Below are positions 26,501-39,250 of a stretch of 64,000 nucleotides of DNA, in pieces. The position numbers and the translations under genes were made by a program. How positions within the stretch are numbered: position 1 is the stretch's first letter; every line of letters starts with the position of its first letter. The notes beneath the pieces were generated by a model, which saw only the letters and a program-made list of their open reading frames with translations, was not told where the DNA came from and ran no database searches. This DNA comes from Epiperipatus broadwayi (taxonomy: Eukaryota > Animalia > Onychophora): the NCBI GenBank assembly GCA_028023455.1, contig JAQFVV010000009.1:10292001-10356000 (forward strand), read 5' to 3'.

Positions 26501-27974
26501 AAAGTCTGGCTAGTACAGTCTCTTAACATACATTTAATTTTACAAACTTTTTACAATTAAGTTTCTGGAAAAATTTATCATAGTACACATATATTATTAA
26601 TTAAATATGAATTAAAAGAGTATATTTGGGCTAGGAACAATTTCTAATTTAATAAATGATCAGTAAAAATCATTAATATATTTCTATAAAAGTCGTTTTT
26701 ATCGAAGTTGTGATTGCAGAACATTTGGCACTTGTAATCAAACTTTAGTAAATTGTTTTCTGTGTAATACTAAACAAGATGATTGCTGATTTAGCATAAA
26801 ATATACATCTTGGAAATCATCCATATTTTTTACATCTTATGTTTTAGGAACATGTGATGAAATAGAAGTTTGAAATATAATATATATGAAATTAAAGTAT
26901 ATCTAAAAAATATGTATATAAAGTTAAATTATAATAAGACCAGATAATAATAATTATAATAGAATGAACTTAAATGAAAATGATATATTTGTGTGTATAT
27001 ATATATATATATTTAAATTTTTGATTTTTATTAGTATATCTCTCAACCCCATCTCATTACAAACTCATCTATCAGTCAAAAAATATAGATATATAGCATC
27101 ACACATGTAATGTTAACACTACTTGGAATTACAAAGACATACATGTGCTTTTTAAAAATTCATTTAAGATAGGTCCAGAAGTAAAGAATGCTAATTTAGT
27201 GTCAGGTATTGCATTATATTAAATTCTTTATTGGCTTATCAGGTTGGTTTCATATTTCTATTGCACATTATCTTTCTTGTTCTATACATTTTTGTATTTG
27301 GTTAAAAACCTGTCCACTCACAATAGTATGATAGGCAATAATTTTGTTTTTAAGACCGGGATGACACAAATTCACAAACATTTAAAAGAAGTGAATGACA
27401 GGCATGCCTAGAAAGATGAAGACCATTGAAAATCAATTAATTGATGATGAATGAGTCAAACAAATATTGTTTATTGACCACTATCTTATTATTTCTTCAA
27501 AGAAGTTGTTAAAAATGCACAAAAATAGAAATTACCTTGTAAATCACAATTTGTTTCTGATATTATTATTGTGTAAGTGATATTGGTATATTTAACCATA
27601 TAAAAGACATTTTGCCTATTGATATTATACAGTATTTGATAGATGCTAGTGATTGCTTTCCTTTATACAGTTGAACATGATAAGTTGCTGTATACACAAT
27701 CAACATCTTATGTATTAGTAATAAGATATTAAGATAAAACAAAAAACAACAACAAGGCAAAATAGAAAAAATATATAATAAAAAAGGATTAAGGATTGAT
27801 AAAGAATTTTTATTAAAATTTTCATTGCTGTCATAAATATTGGTCATTCTGTTTTAATTCATCACAAAATTAAAAAAAAAAGCTTTTTCAATTACATTAA
27901 AAAGTTTAAAATACCACCATGATTTATTATACATTAACAATATATATATATTACTGAATGATTGATTCCTCTGG

Positions 27975-28070
27975 GAATTCATAAGAAGTTTAAGAACCAG
28001 TAGTGATTGAGCTGGAACCAGTAAACTATAAACTTTGAGCTCAGAGTTTGACGCTCTATCACCATACAAA
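27975..28070 (-). mobile_element. tRNA-like SINE remnant
   Basis: Minus strand ggtgatagagcgtcaaactctgagc...ggttccagctc...atgaattcccagagg, similar in layout to the 4180-4295 element. Confidence 0.3.
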
Positions 28071-28745
28071 ATTCCACAGGGCGATATATATATAATGAAA
28101 ATAAATTTTAAATAAAAATAAACTTTTATTTTAAAAAATTTTAATTTTAAAATAAAATTTAATTAATTAAGCTATGTTCCAGGAGACTAGAAAGCTGTCT
28201 TCGATGCTATAGCAACTATTCCTATATCAACAAGAAATTTTAGTTAAATAAATGAAATGATGACTCCATTAATATCTTTAAATATTAAATTAGTTGATCT
28301 ATGCTGTTTATTAATCGTATTGGGTTATCTTTAATAAAATTTATTGCGGAAGAGTGAGTTTACTTCCGCATACTAAAGGTCACTTTTCATCAGATGGCGA
28401 TGACACTCGGTAGAAGAAATGAAATGAGATTCATTTTTTAAAATAAAAGTATAATTAAAAAAATCTAAATTTGATATTTCATTGAAAACTGTTTCCCTAT
28501 ATTGAAAAGAACAACTTAATCTATTCTTCATCTATTATACATAATGCAAAATACTGTGGACATAGGCTTTGCAATTCAATCTGATTAAGCTTTCATGAAA
28601 CATGAAATTTGGGTACAATTTAATCAAAAAAAAAAAGTTAAAATAATTTATGGAGCAAATTTTTAAAAGTTGTATATATATCACATAATACTCATCCATG
28701 CACTTTACTACTGTTACACAATGCTTTATTTACCACCCTCTTTTA

Positions 28746-28788
28746 CAATTTACAGTTTCGATTGCCCCATCAATCTTCTTCAGATCTT
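28746..28788 (-). ncRNA. Type I hammerhead-like motif, canonical core with one extra A
   Basis: CTGAAGA-A-GATTG(ATGGGG)CAATC-GAA-ACTGT-A; perfect 5-bp stem II; stem I poorly paired; AATAAA ~20 nt downstream. Confidence 0.6.
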
Positions 28789-31700
28789 TTATATCCCCTA
28801 AGTTCAACTGCTCAATATCATAATATTACAGTCTCTTAAGTAAGACTGCTATTATTTATGATGACTTTTTTTTCTTTTCATTAGTTTTTCATTGTTTAGT
28901 TACTGATCTATTTGTATCTCTAAGATATTGTGTTCATTGTACTTCTAACATTATTTCATTAATCTCTCATATTTTTAAAGAATAAATGTCTTACTAGTCT
29001 TTCTTGACTTGAAACAGAGATCAAGGTTCATGAATCATAGCTTTAGTTTTTTTATTTATGATGCTTGAACTTCATGTGACTTCTTGAGCAACAAAGTATT
29101 TGATTATTTTTTAATACCATATTTGCCTTTTTTCCCCGACTTGTTCTTATATGTTTTTGCTTCTGAATATTATATGACTTATATAATATATACATGAAAC
29201 TTTTTTGTTTATCAATAACTTACCATATAATATTTAATTTCAAAGAATGTTAGCGAATATCTTGGCCTTTTTTAAAAATTTATTTACTAGTAGTAAAAAA
29301 AAGTAACTAGGACTTCTTTTCTTTTCTTTTTTTATTATCATTCCAAACATTTGATATCCAATTTTTAAATTTTTTATATCAAACTATGTATTATTTTTAA
29401 AAAAATATTTAATTTTTCTGAAAGTCATCATCTGCAGTCATATAGATTATGTAATTTCTTGCAAATTGTCAGAACTGTGTTGAAAATTTAATACAAAATT
29501 ATTGTAAAAAAATGTTTGGCGTATTTAAGAAAGATGTTTGGAACTTTGGTAATTATTATAGTTGAAAGAAAATAAATTAACTAGAGTTAAAAGTCAAAAT
29601 ATATAACAATTTTTAAAATTAGGTTTTTTGAAAGAGAAATGGGTGATTATTAGTCTGGTTATATTCTTTAAAAATAGCACAAGTGCAAATGGCATGGTTT
29701 GATTTTTGTTTTAAATACTATAAAGTAAATAAATAATTGAATAGTTTATTACTCATGGTTCATAAAAAGTTTAAGCTTTGGAAATTACAAAACAAAGTCT
29801 ACATTCCTCTGTTCTATCATTGCATTAGATTGCACAGGGCCATTAAGAATTGCAAGGATGAAAGAATTACAATTTACAAATATTATATATAACAAATACC
29901 AAATACTGTACAGTAAAAATTAAAAAAGTAATACTCTTTTTTATTATTACTATTGTTAAAAATATTGTGTTTAGTTTAATATACTTTTAAAAAATGATGT
30001 TGAGTGTGAAAGTTCCTTATTCATTATGATTAATTGGATCGATGAACATATTCAGGATTAATAAAGCATATATTTTTATAAAAATAATGTAAATATTGCT
30101 CGACAGAAATTGCTTATCTATTTTTGTCTATTGCTTATATATAACATATGCTTTTATATTTTATTAAGATTTTTTTTCTGTAATACATTATACAACTATA
30201 TAGTTTCAGATGCCCTTTACGATAAAAAAAAATTATTTAATTCAAAAAAACATTGATTAAATTATCATTTTATAAATATTTAAGCAATTTATTGTTTTTT
30301 TGTTTGTTTGTTACTAGTTGGTTAAGGTAATAAAATATGTTTTTCATTTGGTTAAGACGAAAAAGTTTTATAACTTCTATTATAATTTACTATTTATTAT
30401 TATTACTGACTAAATTAAAAATAGCAACTTATTATATTGAGGATTTTTTTTTTTAAAAAAGTTTGTATGAGTTTTGTAAAAAAATACAAAAATATGTTGT
30501 TTTTATTGTTTATATATGAACAATTTTCTAAAATTTTTAAAGTCTTTATAAGCATACCCCATTAATAAAAAGGAGTTACTATATTTTCAAATCATTTTGG
30601 ACATTTCCCAATTAATTTTGCATTTTGTGAAATGGTTCTATTTAGTGAACTTTTATAAATCTACAGAGAACAGTTGGGAAATAATCATGCATGTATATAT
30701 GAATGTAAAATGTTTCAAGAGGATATGTCATAAATCAAAAAATAATGCTTAAAAATGGTAGATTGAAAGTGGTAATGTATCTAACCATTTCAGATTTATT
30801 TTGTAATAAAACAAAACATTTTAATTATTTATTCACAATTTTAATTTAAAATTCTGTTTATGTAAAATTAAAAAAAAAAATCACTTTCTACAAGTACATT
30901 ATCATATTTAAAAATAAAGCAACTTAATGTATGTAAAATGAATATATATATATCAAAGAAATAAAAGCTTTCATAAAAAAAAAAAAACCCCACAATTATC
31001 ACCTGAAAAAAAGATCCAAACAGTTTTTATAATAGGTAAAAAAGTCAATTAAATTCAAAAAACAAAGATTTACTGAACTAGGATTTTTTTAGGGATTGAT
31101 ATTTCTGAAAAAGAAAAAAAGAGACATTTCTAATAACTTTCGTTTGTGAGTATGTATTACTGAATAAGATAAAAAAATACATGCACAAAATATACTTTTT
31201 TTTTCTCAAGTTCTTACCCATAAGGTAGGTTGAAATAAGAGAGAAACATAATACCCTGACTAAACAACAACCCTCAGTTATTGTTTAATTGCAGTTTGCC
31301 ATTACTTCCACATTCATAATACTTTATTTTGGCATCTTATTATTTAGATGTATATCATAAACTTTAATGAGTAATGATAATATAAAGCATATAAATTCAC
31401 CAGTGATAAAGACTTTGTTTCCTTAGTAATCAGCATATGCTCGAGTTAGTATAAGACACAAATGTAAAAATAGTTGGATACCTATTCTTAAATAATAATT
31501 GGATAATTAGCAAGATTATCTAAGATTGTCCTTAAAAAATTCTACTATTGCTTATAAGATTATCCCAACTATCTATAAATATTCAAATTAAATTTAGTTA
31601 TAAAGGTTAGTAATTGATATATAGTTTAGCCACAGTACTCTGATGTTAGATCCATCTTTTAATTAATTAAATTTTTTATATCATTAATATATCTTTAATC

Positions 31701-32439
31701 TACAGTTTTTGATTACTAAAAAAAGTTGAATAAATAACAGAATTTAGTTTATATTGTTTGTCAATGTTTCCTGCACAGAGAACCGGGAAAGTTAGTACCT
31801 ACTTTCATGTTGGGTTTCTTCCCTCTCCACTTTGCTGATTTATGAAATGTGATAAAATTAAATAACATATTGCTTAGATAAACTCATGGTATTATGGCTA
31901 ACTGATTGCTTGCCATACTCATACACTGGGATTTGAATCCTAATGAAATTTGGATAATTTTTTAAATATCTAAGCTAGATTAGATTTTTAGGGAGGGGAT
32001 AGCCAGCTCTATTCATCCTAGATTTCCACTAAATGTTTGTTGATAATTGGGTACTCAATATTTTTTAGCTTTTAGAGTTAAAGATTGTCTACTATTGATC
32101 ATAATGATGGCAATCTGATAATTTTGTCCCTGTCAGAGTTGAAAGAAAAACTCCTTTATGTACTCTCTTTACCTTAACAATAATAGCTAGTTATTTATTT
32201 ACCAAAAAATGCTGGTGGGTAAGTTATAGTGATAAGATCGCCTGTCATTTTGATGTAAATGTGACAACCATGAATAGTTTTGTTTTTGTGGAATAATCAT
32301 CAACAATCTTTGTCACACTTGCCCATTGAGTAGAACAGCAATGAAAAGCTTGAAAAAAAATTTTTAATGTAAAGATTAAATGTTTTTTTTTAATTTATTT
32401 TCTGCAAATACTGAAAAAGAAAACAAAAAAAAAAATTGA

Positions 32440-32860
32440 ATTTGATGCTGGCAAACACTTTTGAAAAAACTATGGGCAACAAGGAAATTCAACAAAGAGG
32501 ATATTTGATCGAATTTAATTTAAAATAGTTTATTTGAAGTACTCATAAACTTGAGTGGAATTGTCTTATTTAATTAATTTATTTATTAGAAAAGCATACT
32601 GTGTAAAAAAAAAAGCGTTCATGACCAAAAAGTTTGATTAACATGAATTGGATGGACTACATTATAATTCACCTGATGAATATTTTTATGAAGCCAGAAA
32701 AACTAAACAGGTAACAGACCAGTCTGGAGAAATTCCATTTATATGATCATTATTTTGTTTGTTATGGACTACATGGGGAGGGGGGGGAGTCACCTAAGTT
32801 TACTTATGGATTGTTGAAAAAATCCCCTGGAATAAAACCTAAATCGTGGATTTGAAAGCT
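32440..32860 (+). mobile_element. Tc1/Tc3-like transposase scar
   Basis: KNYGQQG.. then FMTKKFD*HELDGLHYN...QSGE resembling FSDEKKFNLDGPDG..YYW..RQ.GG of Tc3-type DDE domains. Confidence 0.5.
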
Positions 32861-35708
32861 AATCACTATATTATAAGGCAGAAATAAAGGCGCATTAATA
32901 CATTCAATGTTACTATTTGCAATAAAGTTATCTGCCAATATTTTTTTATTTATTCCATTTTTAAACATTTATTTTTAATTTTATTTATTGATTTGAAATG
33001 ACAAAGCCATAGGATCCAAATCTGTTTATAAAATTATTTTTGATCCTTTTTTTATTGAATCATATCATGTAGGAAGATGGTTTTATTTTTTTCAATCAAT
33101 TGATTAAGTTAATTAAAGAACTTCGTAACATTGTTTTGATTTCTGTTGACTAGTGTTACATTATGCTTTTGTCAGGGCTAAGCACAGTATTAGTTGTCAT
33201 AGCAATGACATCAAACATTTCCATTTTTAACTGGTAGAGATAAACTATTATATTTTCATTCTCCGAAGATGATTTTTTTTATGTGTTTTTAATAGGCTGT
33301 GACTGTTATTTATTTCTCCTTTTAGAGCTGACCCACATAACCATTTTTGAAGATGACTTTGTATAATATTAATCATAATAAATACATGGCAAATTTTATA
33401 GAAGGATTATTTTACAAAAAAAAAATCAACAAAACGGAAAATAAATTTGCCTTGGAAAAATGTCATTTAATGATTTTAAGTTCACAAATCTCATTCTGTG
33501 TAAACATTTATGAATTCACGTACACATATATATATTCGCTTTCACACTGACAAGATAAACTTTATTAAAGGAATGTGAATATAATAGATATAATTTCACT
33601 TTCATTTTATTAATAGAAGAAAATTATTATGCTGTGGCAGTGAAAGATACTTTTTCTGGATATACCTATCATTGAATACAATGTGATATTATCGTTTAAG
33701 CAATTATTTTATTTATCTTATCGTAAGTTTCTCTGGAGGTCATGGGACATTTAAACGTAAAACTGACAAACTAATTGTTTATTCAACTAAACTGTGTTCT
33801 TTTTCTCACATGGTATAGATTAAGAAATATTTACTTCTCAAGTTCGAGGCAAATCACCCAGTTTCCTCTGATACATTTAACACGTTCCAACATTAGGAAT
33901 TATTACACTTATACAAATCTAAAGAGTCATGCTATGAGTAATTAGCTTAATTTGAAAGAACCATTTTTTTTCTTAACCCAGAGACCAAAATATTATTACG
34001 ACAACCATTTTCTCTGTTTGTTAATGAAGTGTTTATCTGAACATATGTAATGCAACAATTTGTCCACTCTTTTCTGCATTACGTAGAATATATGTTTAAG
34101 AAATTTCTATCTATGTTTTTTTTTTATAATACAAAATTGATTAAATGACAGCTACTCATAACTTTTAATAATAATACTGCTACCTATTTCTATAGTTTTA
34201 AGATTTTATTTTTGAATTTAGTGATTCTGAGATAGCTTGGAATACAGATGGACTAGTCTTAAGATTGCTATCACCCAGAAACTTTATTGCAAATGCTCAA
34301 GCTAAGGTTTTTGCTCACATTTTGATGAAAGTGAACAAAGTACTGAAATCAAATAGTAATATTTGTTCACAATCATATGCCGATGTTTGTTACCCTTTTA
34401 AAGTACTTGTATCTTAATATTACAATTACTTCATGAACTTTATTGAGCACTTTACATTTATAATTGTTTGAAAAAAATATGTTTTAATAGAAATGAAATT
34501 TATATATTTTAGTTATATATTTTAAATACAAATTTGTTGACACCCATCCAAATAATTTCCTGATGAATGCTATATATCTGCCTGAAGAAAGCCAATTAGT
34601 CAGAAAGGGATCTTAGAATCATGTAGTTTTGGTTATTGTTTATTTATTACTTAAGATTACCATTAAGTAAGATGAATTAAATAAATATAAACTAGGGAAG
34701 TCATATGATGCATGAATTTAGTATAATAACAAAATAAAAAATAGATCTGTTTTATAGTTATTTTGATTCATTTTCACATCTGCTAGGAAATGAGTAAGAC
34801 TTTCCCTTTAACATTTATTATGAAAATATAAGTAATACAAACATAAAAAAAAACAACTTAAAATGTACTCAAATATGTAAAATGTTCTGATATAAAATAA
34901 AATTTTTATACCTTAAAATGGCATATAAACTTTTATAAGATAAACTGTTCAAATATTAAGATTATTTGTGAAAAGAAGATTCTTTTTGAGAAAAGATTTT
35001 TAATGAGTTAGATTACAGCCCAGAACAAACATATGTTCTCTAAGCATAGTTTTATTTTTTTATTGGATATGCATATCAATGAGTGCATAGATTAACAATG
35101 TAAAAGATATTCTTCAGTTTGTACTGTGTGTAATTAAATTTAAATGAATTTTTCACTTATGTATCTTAATGATAAAACTTTAACTGGTGAAATTTGTATA
35201 ATAAATTATGTTTGCAAAAGTTAGCAAGGTCTTAAAAAATGACCACTAGTGATCAAATATTAGTCATATTGCTTTTGTATTATTATTTCAAAGTGCCTTG
35301 GCGCTGAAAACATACATTTTTATATTTAAAAGTAAACATTTCTCCATCATTCTTTTAATGTTAATTGATTTGATATAATAAGAAGATAATCTATTAATTA
35401 AATAAAAAATTGGCAATTTCTTTACAAGTAAAGAACTTGATGCCATATTTTTATTAAATATTTTATTTTATTAGTTAAATTTGAATTGCTAAACGTTTTA
35501 TAAAAAAAGAAGGGTTACTTATTATTTTATTTTATTTTAATAGTTCAATTTTAATTATTAAAATAAAAAATGTGTAAATACTCATACTAGAATTTAATAA
35601 TTATTATACTAATCTTTAGTTAAGTTTTAAATTTATATTTGGACTGAAAAATTAAATAATTTATAACCCAATAAAATGATTAGTAAATAATTTTTAATAT
35701 TTATCCTA

Positions 35709-36142
35709 CTAAACACCACACAATCACCATTTATTATGCTTGCTCATAACTATTATTAAAACAGGCAAAACTCTTTATACAGTAGTGCCACTCAGTGCTA
35801 GACAGAATAATGTATGGGTGCTGAACTGAGTTCAGATCTATATGACTATATAAGCTATGAGCATGGATTGAAAATATTATTGTGTTTTCAATTTTAGTGT
35901 CATAGTTTTGTAGTTAAGTAGAAATAAAAGGTGGCTGCCAGAGAGTTGCATTGGATCCTAAGATCTAGGTGCAGTGCTCTCAGATTCAAGGCTCCTCACT
36001 GATAAAATCCACAAGCTAGAAACTAGTCTAGGGATATTGAATGAGTAGGCACTAGATAGGGATTTTATGCACAAGCCTTCTGGCATCCATTGATTACTCT
36101 GACTTGCACTGAGTGGCACTATTGTATGGAGAGTTTTGCCTG
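35709..36142. mobile_element. Small PLE-type inverted insertion
   Basis: Arms ~35757-35825 and ~36078-36148; 17-bp TSD with 2 mismatches (35692-35708, 36143-36159); 48-nt one-sided extension; weak HHR-like motif at 35994-36033. Confidence 0.65.
35994..36033 (+). ncRNA. Weak hammerhead-like motif
   Basis: CCTCA-CTGATAA-aatccacaagcta-GAA-ACTAGT-C-TAGGG; palindromic stem III and GUC site, but stem II does not pair and 3:8 is C:A. Confidence 0.35.
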
Positions 36143-37559
36143 TTTTATTACTTATCCTATCTTGAACAATGTTATCAAAATGAATGCAAGTAATGTCATA
36201 TTTGTAAATTGAATTGTAACAGTTGTATATCATAGATCTGGGCCATTGATGAAAATGAGTTCTTCCAGAAGTATATCTTGGGATTTATTTTCTTTTAAAT
36301 ATATTTTTATACTTGTCTTTTATGAATAAATAACCTTTCATGGAAGGAACTAAAAAGTAATCTATGAAAATAAATGTAGGCAAAATAAGCAAAAATGTTA
36401 TAGAAGCAAGCAAATCTTCATTGATATATGATGAAAAACATTAGAGATGAGAGAAAAAGATAGTCTTCTGCCAGTTAGAGTCATTGAGTAATTAATATAT
36501 ATATAAAAAATTAAAATTCCTTCACAAATAAAGTGAGCACCATTGCAATGAATTAAAAAGTTAGCATGAATTTAAATTCATTAACAAAAGTAATCAAATG
36601 GTTTATTGCTCAAGAGAATTGAATCCTAGTTTATGGATTTGAACTCCAGAGACTGATACTTAACCATTGCATAATTTAGTTCAATGGGAAAAGTGGCAGA
36701 CTTTAGAGGTCAAGGTCATTAGGTCATGGTTCAATTTTATCTTGCTCAAACTTCATGTAAAGCAACAAAACATTTTTAAAAATATGTTTATACATTGAAA
36801 GTAGTTATACTATAATAGAAATTAAAGCATATTTTTACATATATATATATATATTCAAGCTTGTTTATGCATCATGTGTACATCTGCACTTTAGTTTTTT
36901 ATGAAGTTTGAGTTTATATTCAGTCTAGCCTCTTAACAAAATAATAAACTTGCTTGAAATTTGCTCATGTTACAAACAGACTTATTGATTTTTGCTTTCA
37001 GATAGATGTTCCACAGCCAACTCAATAACATCTAATATTGCCAATAAATGATATTCTAACAATTCTTAGCTAGCAAATAGAGATTTCAGGGTAATCTGAG
37101 CAGATCAAAAGAGTAAATGCCTTGAATATAAATAATAATCATAATAATAATAATTTTAGTACAAATATGATGTGAGTTTCACTGTTGGTGAAGGAAATAT
37201 CATAATTTTTTTGCCACTAAGCCCAAAGTTATTCTTAGTTTTTGTTTTCTGTTAATTAATAAAGTTTTCTATGACCTTTGTAAATATCATTTAAGTCTAG
37301 TTAATATTAAACAAAATTTATAGAATAAACAATTAGCTGCAATTTGATATCATCAATTTACATGATTATACTCCATATGGAACCAATTAGTACACTTTCT
37401 CCCAACTTTCAATTTTGTCTCCAGTTATTGATCTTCTTCTTCAAAAAAATATAATTTTGCACAACTTTATTTAGCAGCCATTTTTACTTTTCTTATGCTA
37501 AATTCACTTCAACACAATGACATCACACTTGATAACCTATTAGAGGTACTAAGTAAAGG

Positions 37560-37745
37560 CTCAATACCAGCAGCTCGTGCAACAACTTTTTGTTTATATA
37601 GTTTCTGGTGCACCAGATGTACTTTCTGCCTTGGAGACAATACCACAAAGCACCCAGCCACATTCTGAAAGAAGCTCGAACAATTAAAGGCCAGAGATGG
37701 CAAAATTGCACACCCAGATATATTTGCTACTACATGGTCACTATT
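37560..37745 (-). mobile_element. Possible C-terminal Zn-knuckle region of an REL-type non-LTR element
   Basis: DHVVANISGCAIL resembles the ET..HI.SGC..L motif of R4/NeSL-type elements; short. Confidence 0.3.
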
Positions 37746-38900
37746 AAAAACCTGAAACAAAACATAACCTAAAAAACAAATTATAATTTTTCTGTAACAA
37801 GAACAATTATTTTGTTGTTGTTTGTTTAACATATCCCTTTCTTTAATTATTTTTTCTGTTTGCTCTAAAGCTATATAGTTTTAAACCATGTATTTTCAAC
37901 AATGTAACTTTGGTTAACAACAAATTTATGTAATCTAATTCGTACAATAAAGTATATTATTGAAACATACAATTTTTTATAGTTAAATATACTTATCACT
38001 AGAGTCAATATTTATATACTTTAGTGGCAGCAGTTACAAGATAATTTTAGAAATATTGAATTTATTAAAATATATAATTACTGATCCACTACTAAGCTTG
38101 GGTTAAAACTTTAATATGTTTGAGATTTTTAAGCCTGAATGTAATAAAAATAATAAGAGTGGGTGAAGGATAAATACAACATGAAAAAAAAAAGTTCTAT
38201 CTGCCAATGAAGGCTGTTTTTTCAAAACTAATCTGAAAGATTTCTGTGATAAAAAGATTACTATTGATTATATAGGATATATTGAGTGAGTGTAAACACA
38301 TGATCTTGAACTCATACTAGATGTAAGATAAAAATCTTCATGTAGGATATTTTTTTGATATATACAAATAGGCTTAATAGTTTGAATACAATATAAAATA
38401 TAATGGTCATTACATGAGTTCATTGTTATTCTTGAAAAAAAATTGACTAGCAAGAAACTTGATATGGAAATTTATTAAAATTCCCTGTCTAGAATTTATA
38501 GACAAAATTTAAATGTTTTTGTTTTAAAATCTGTAAATAAGAATAATTTTTAATTGAAAGTTTAAAAATATAATCAAAAATAATATTAGTAAATATTTGT
38601 TATTATTTAATCAATCTTTTAATTCTGATTTGTAAATTTTAGTACATAGTGATTAGTATTCATCCAAGGAATTGCAATATTTTATCTGAGTTGGGATACT
38701 GAAGACACCCTTTCTAATTATAGTTTAAATATAAGAAATCATATAATTATTAGTACCAATATATATATATTATCTTGATGCTAAATGGTTAAAATTGCTT
38801 CCAGGGAATAATAATCAAAAATTAAATATTTTTGATTAACTATTTAATATTACTTTTTATATTCATAGCATGTAAGTAAAATTATTTACTTATATATAAT

Positions 38901-39250
38901 TAAAAAGAAAAGATTTCACCTTTTCACATATGCATCTTAATAATTTATATAATAGCTTAATGGTATCATGTTGAATACAAAGAAAACTCTCAAACCCAAA
39001 CACAAGATAGAGACTTCATAAAGATAAGAGTGGCCATCTTATTTTTAACCTAATTTAATTATATAAGCCAATCTGAAGCATCTTGGTTCAAGAAAGTCTT
39101 TATCTTGTGTCTGAGTTTGAGAGTTTCCATTGGACTCAACATGATATTACTGAGTTATTATGTAAATTATTAAAGTGCATATGTGAAAAGGTAAAATCCT
39201 TTCTTTTTTAATTACATGTGTCCTATGTGCTTAATAAATAAATTTGAACA
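38901..39250. mobile_element. Small PLE-type inverted insertion without ORF
   Basis: Arms ~38897-39017 and ~39092-39214; perfect 15-bp TSD TTACTTATATATAAT at 38886-38900 and 39251-39265; 36-nt one-sided extension. Confidence 0.75.

Noticed and set aside
28380-28400. Minus-strand CTGATGAAAAG as HHR core or box C
   Set aside because: No stem II/GAAA arrangement and no downstream box D found.
32670-32705. CTGATGA...GAAA
   Set aside because: No stem II, and it lies inside the Tc3-like coding scar.
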